From assembly GCA_964016885.1 (NCBI GenBank), contig OZ024741.1, positions 390,662,001-390,726,000 of the forward strand: a stretch of DNA of 64,000 nucleotides. Direction: 5' to 3'. Each line of letters opens with the position of its first letter. Position 1 is the first letter of the stretch. Of the stretch, positions 62,151 through 64,000 are shown in pieces. The notes below the pieces were generated by a model. That model had not been told where the DNA came from and searched no databases. It was given only the letters and a program-made list of their open reading frames with translations. Position numbers and translations under genes: made by a program. The DNA is from Eledone cirrhosa. Its lineage: Eukaryota.

Positions 62151-64000
62151 CAATCAGGGACAGCTGTTCAGATAATGAAAATAAAAATATGAAATGGGTT
62201 GCTGCTAATAACATACAAAATTAAAATAAACCTTGGATGTAATTATATAATGATTTTATATGAATCTTTTTAAAGCCTTTTTTATTTTAAAGAAAAAATG
62301 CCCTTCCTAAGGTAGTAAGTGATTTATTAATAAGCATATAGCAAATATTGCAAAATATTGATATACTACATCATAAACACGGAATCAGAAAATAAGACTG
62401 ATGGTCCATACCGTTCTCAAGGACATTAGCAAAGTGAAGAAGTGAAATAGCTTCAATTTGGGATTGAAACAAGATTAGGGACTCAGCTACTCCAGTACTT
62501 ATCTGTATTCCTATTGTATTCACCCTTAAATGTTGAAAACTTGTTACAGAACTTGTTTGGGAACAATTAAGAGTGTACAACTAGATCAGTAGAAAATAAG
62601 AAAGTGGTGACATCAACATGGGATGTTATCTAGTTATCGGAGAAAGAAGTTTACTGGAACAGGGGGGAAATAAAAGAAGAAAAGGAAATAATACATGCAC
62701 ATAAACAATTTATTCAAAAAAGATTCTGAAGATATATTTGTTCATTGCAAAGCTGTCTGCCAAAACTTCCATGTCAAAATAGTAAAGATTTGATTTATTC
62801 ATCTCTTAGATATTGACCTAACCAAATGTATATAACTTCCCAAAAGAAAATTCCTATTAGATATCGTATTACCGATTTATAAATGTCTAACTAAACCACT
62901 AAAGATCTTATGGAGGCCATTTCCATGATGAATTTTCAATGAAGTTTGTTTTTTGTGGGCGGTTTACATTAGCCAGTAACATCAATTAATGACAAAAAAA
63001 AAAAAAAAATATTTCTAAAAATTAAAGTCTCCTAGAAAAATATCATAGCAATATGAAGCAGTAGGGAAACTATCTAAATTGATTATAATTTCGTATTTTA
63101 TTTCATCAGTTATGGGGCCGTTTAGCATAAACATTGATCCTTATAGTAAATTATAAAATCCAATACAACTGATTAGATTTGTTGAACCAAGGATGGACTG
63201 CAGGAGAGAGGAGAAAAATAACTGAAACAAAACACGGATGTTCCGAAGTTATAAGAAAACGAAGAATATTTTGACTCAAGAATTTCTTAGGAATTGTTTG
63301 AAAGAGACCTTTAAAAAACCATTCGTTACTTTATGAAACAGGAAGGCGAGGAGGAGCAACAGACAATTTATGAATTTGAAATAATTATTTTAATCATGCA
63401 AACATGGCTGTCCCCAGAGTAAAAAAAAATCAACAACTCATTTTTTTTTTACTGCTCATTAGCTAAGCGAGTTGTTTTGAAATCTTAACCCAATGCCTTG
63501 TGTCAAGACAAAGGTTATTTTGTAGCAGTCACTAGCTACCACTAGAATGACCTTTGGTGGTACAAATGTGTCAATTATCCATGAGCAAAAATAGCATACA
63601 AGTAGTTGACCAGCAACAATGGACAATGTGACTAGAGAATGGAATCTGATCATAGGCGACAACTACTGATGCTATATAAACAAATTAACATATTCATCTG
63701 AAGGAGTTTGTTAGACTCAGATAACCTATTCAAAATATGTGCAAAATAAACATGATTTCCTTCAGAGAAATCATATATTATGCGTATATATTAACCTAGT
63801 CAGGTAGTGAATCGAACATGCTACAATTATTATACAATCGGCAACAAATAGCTAAAATAATTTTATGTACAGAGATTTTGTTTCAAACTAAGTTTAGCAG
63901 AATGCCAATTAACTAATACCGACCACATATTAGTCAGAACAATAATACTAAATAAATGCGTGGTGTATTATTTTGACCACAGTAGTTATTTCAAATATAC

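Noticed and set aside
62371-62580. Short ORFs in unique-looking DNA as possible host exons (also 14668-14929 and 63459-63662)
   Set aside because: No recognisable domain or consistent splice structure; RNA-seq or BLASTX would be needed.
63080-63115. Minus-strand CTGATGA...GAAA with palindromic AUUAUAAU
   Set aside because: Stems I and II do not pair; expected by chance in AT-rich DNA.

Overview
This is an AT-rich eukaryotic intergenic or intronic window made almost entirely of transposable elements and microsatellites. The SINE, RTE and (TA)n content resembles what I recall of octopod (cephalopod) genomes, but that assignment is an inference. I found no supportable host protein-coding gene. 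Retroelements: two tandem Tx1/L1-clade LINEs; about 12 copies or fragments of three RTE LINE subfamilies (here A, B, C), two with open ~650-680 aa ORF remnants; CRE-like, R4-like, CR1 and Penelope GIY-YIG fragments; and at least two tRNA-derived SINE families. DNA elements: non-autonomous Helitrons, TTAA (piggyBac-like) and Tigger-like MITEs, and a mariner relic. Multi-kb (TA)n-derived arrays and a 200-N gap are also present. Most notable: (1) small non-coding elements carrying type I hammerhead ribozyme folds, two of which look terminally redundant or circularly permuted with ~466 and ~496 nt monomers (retrozyme or Penelope pLTR-like); (2) a C4HC3 PHD finger inside the RT domain of all three RTE subfamilies; (3) SINE/LINE 3'-end sharing, with SINE-body sequence inside RTE 3' UTRs; (4) repeated insertion into (TA)n. 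All folds and alignments were done by eye.
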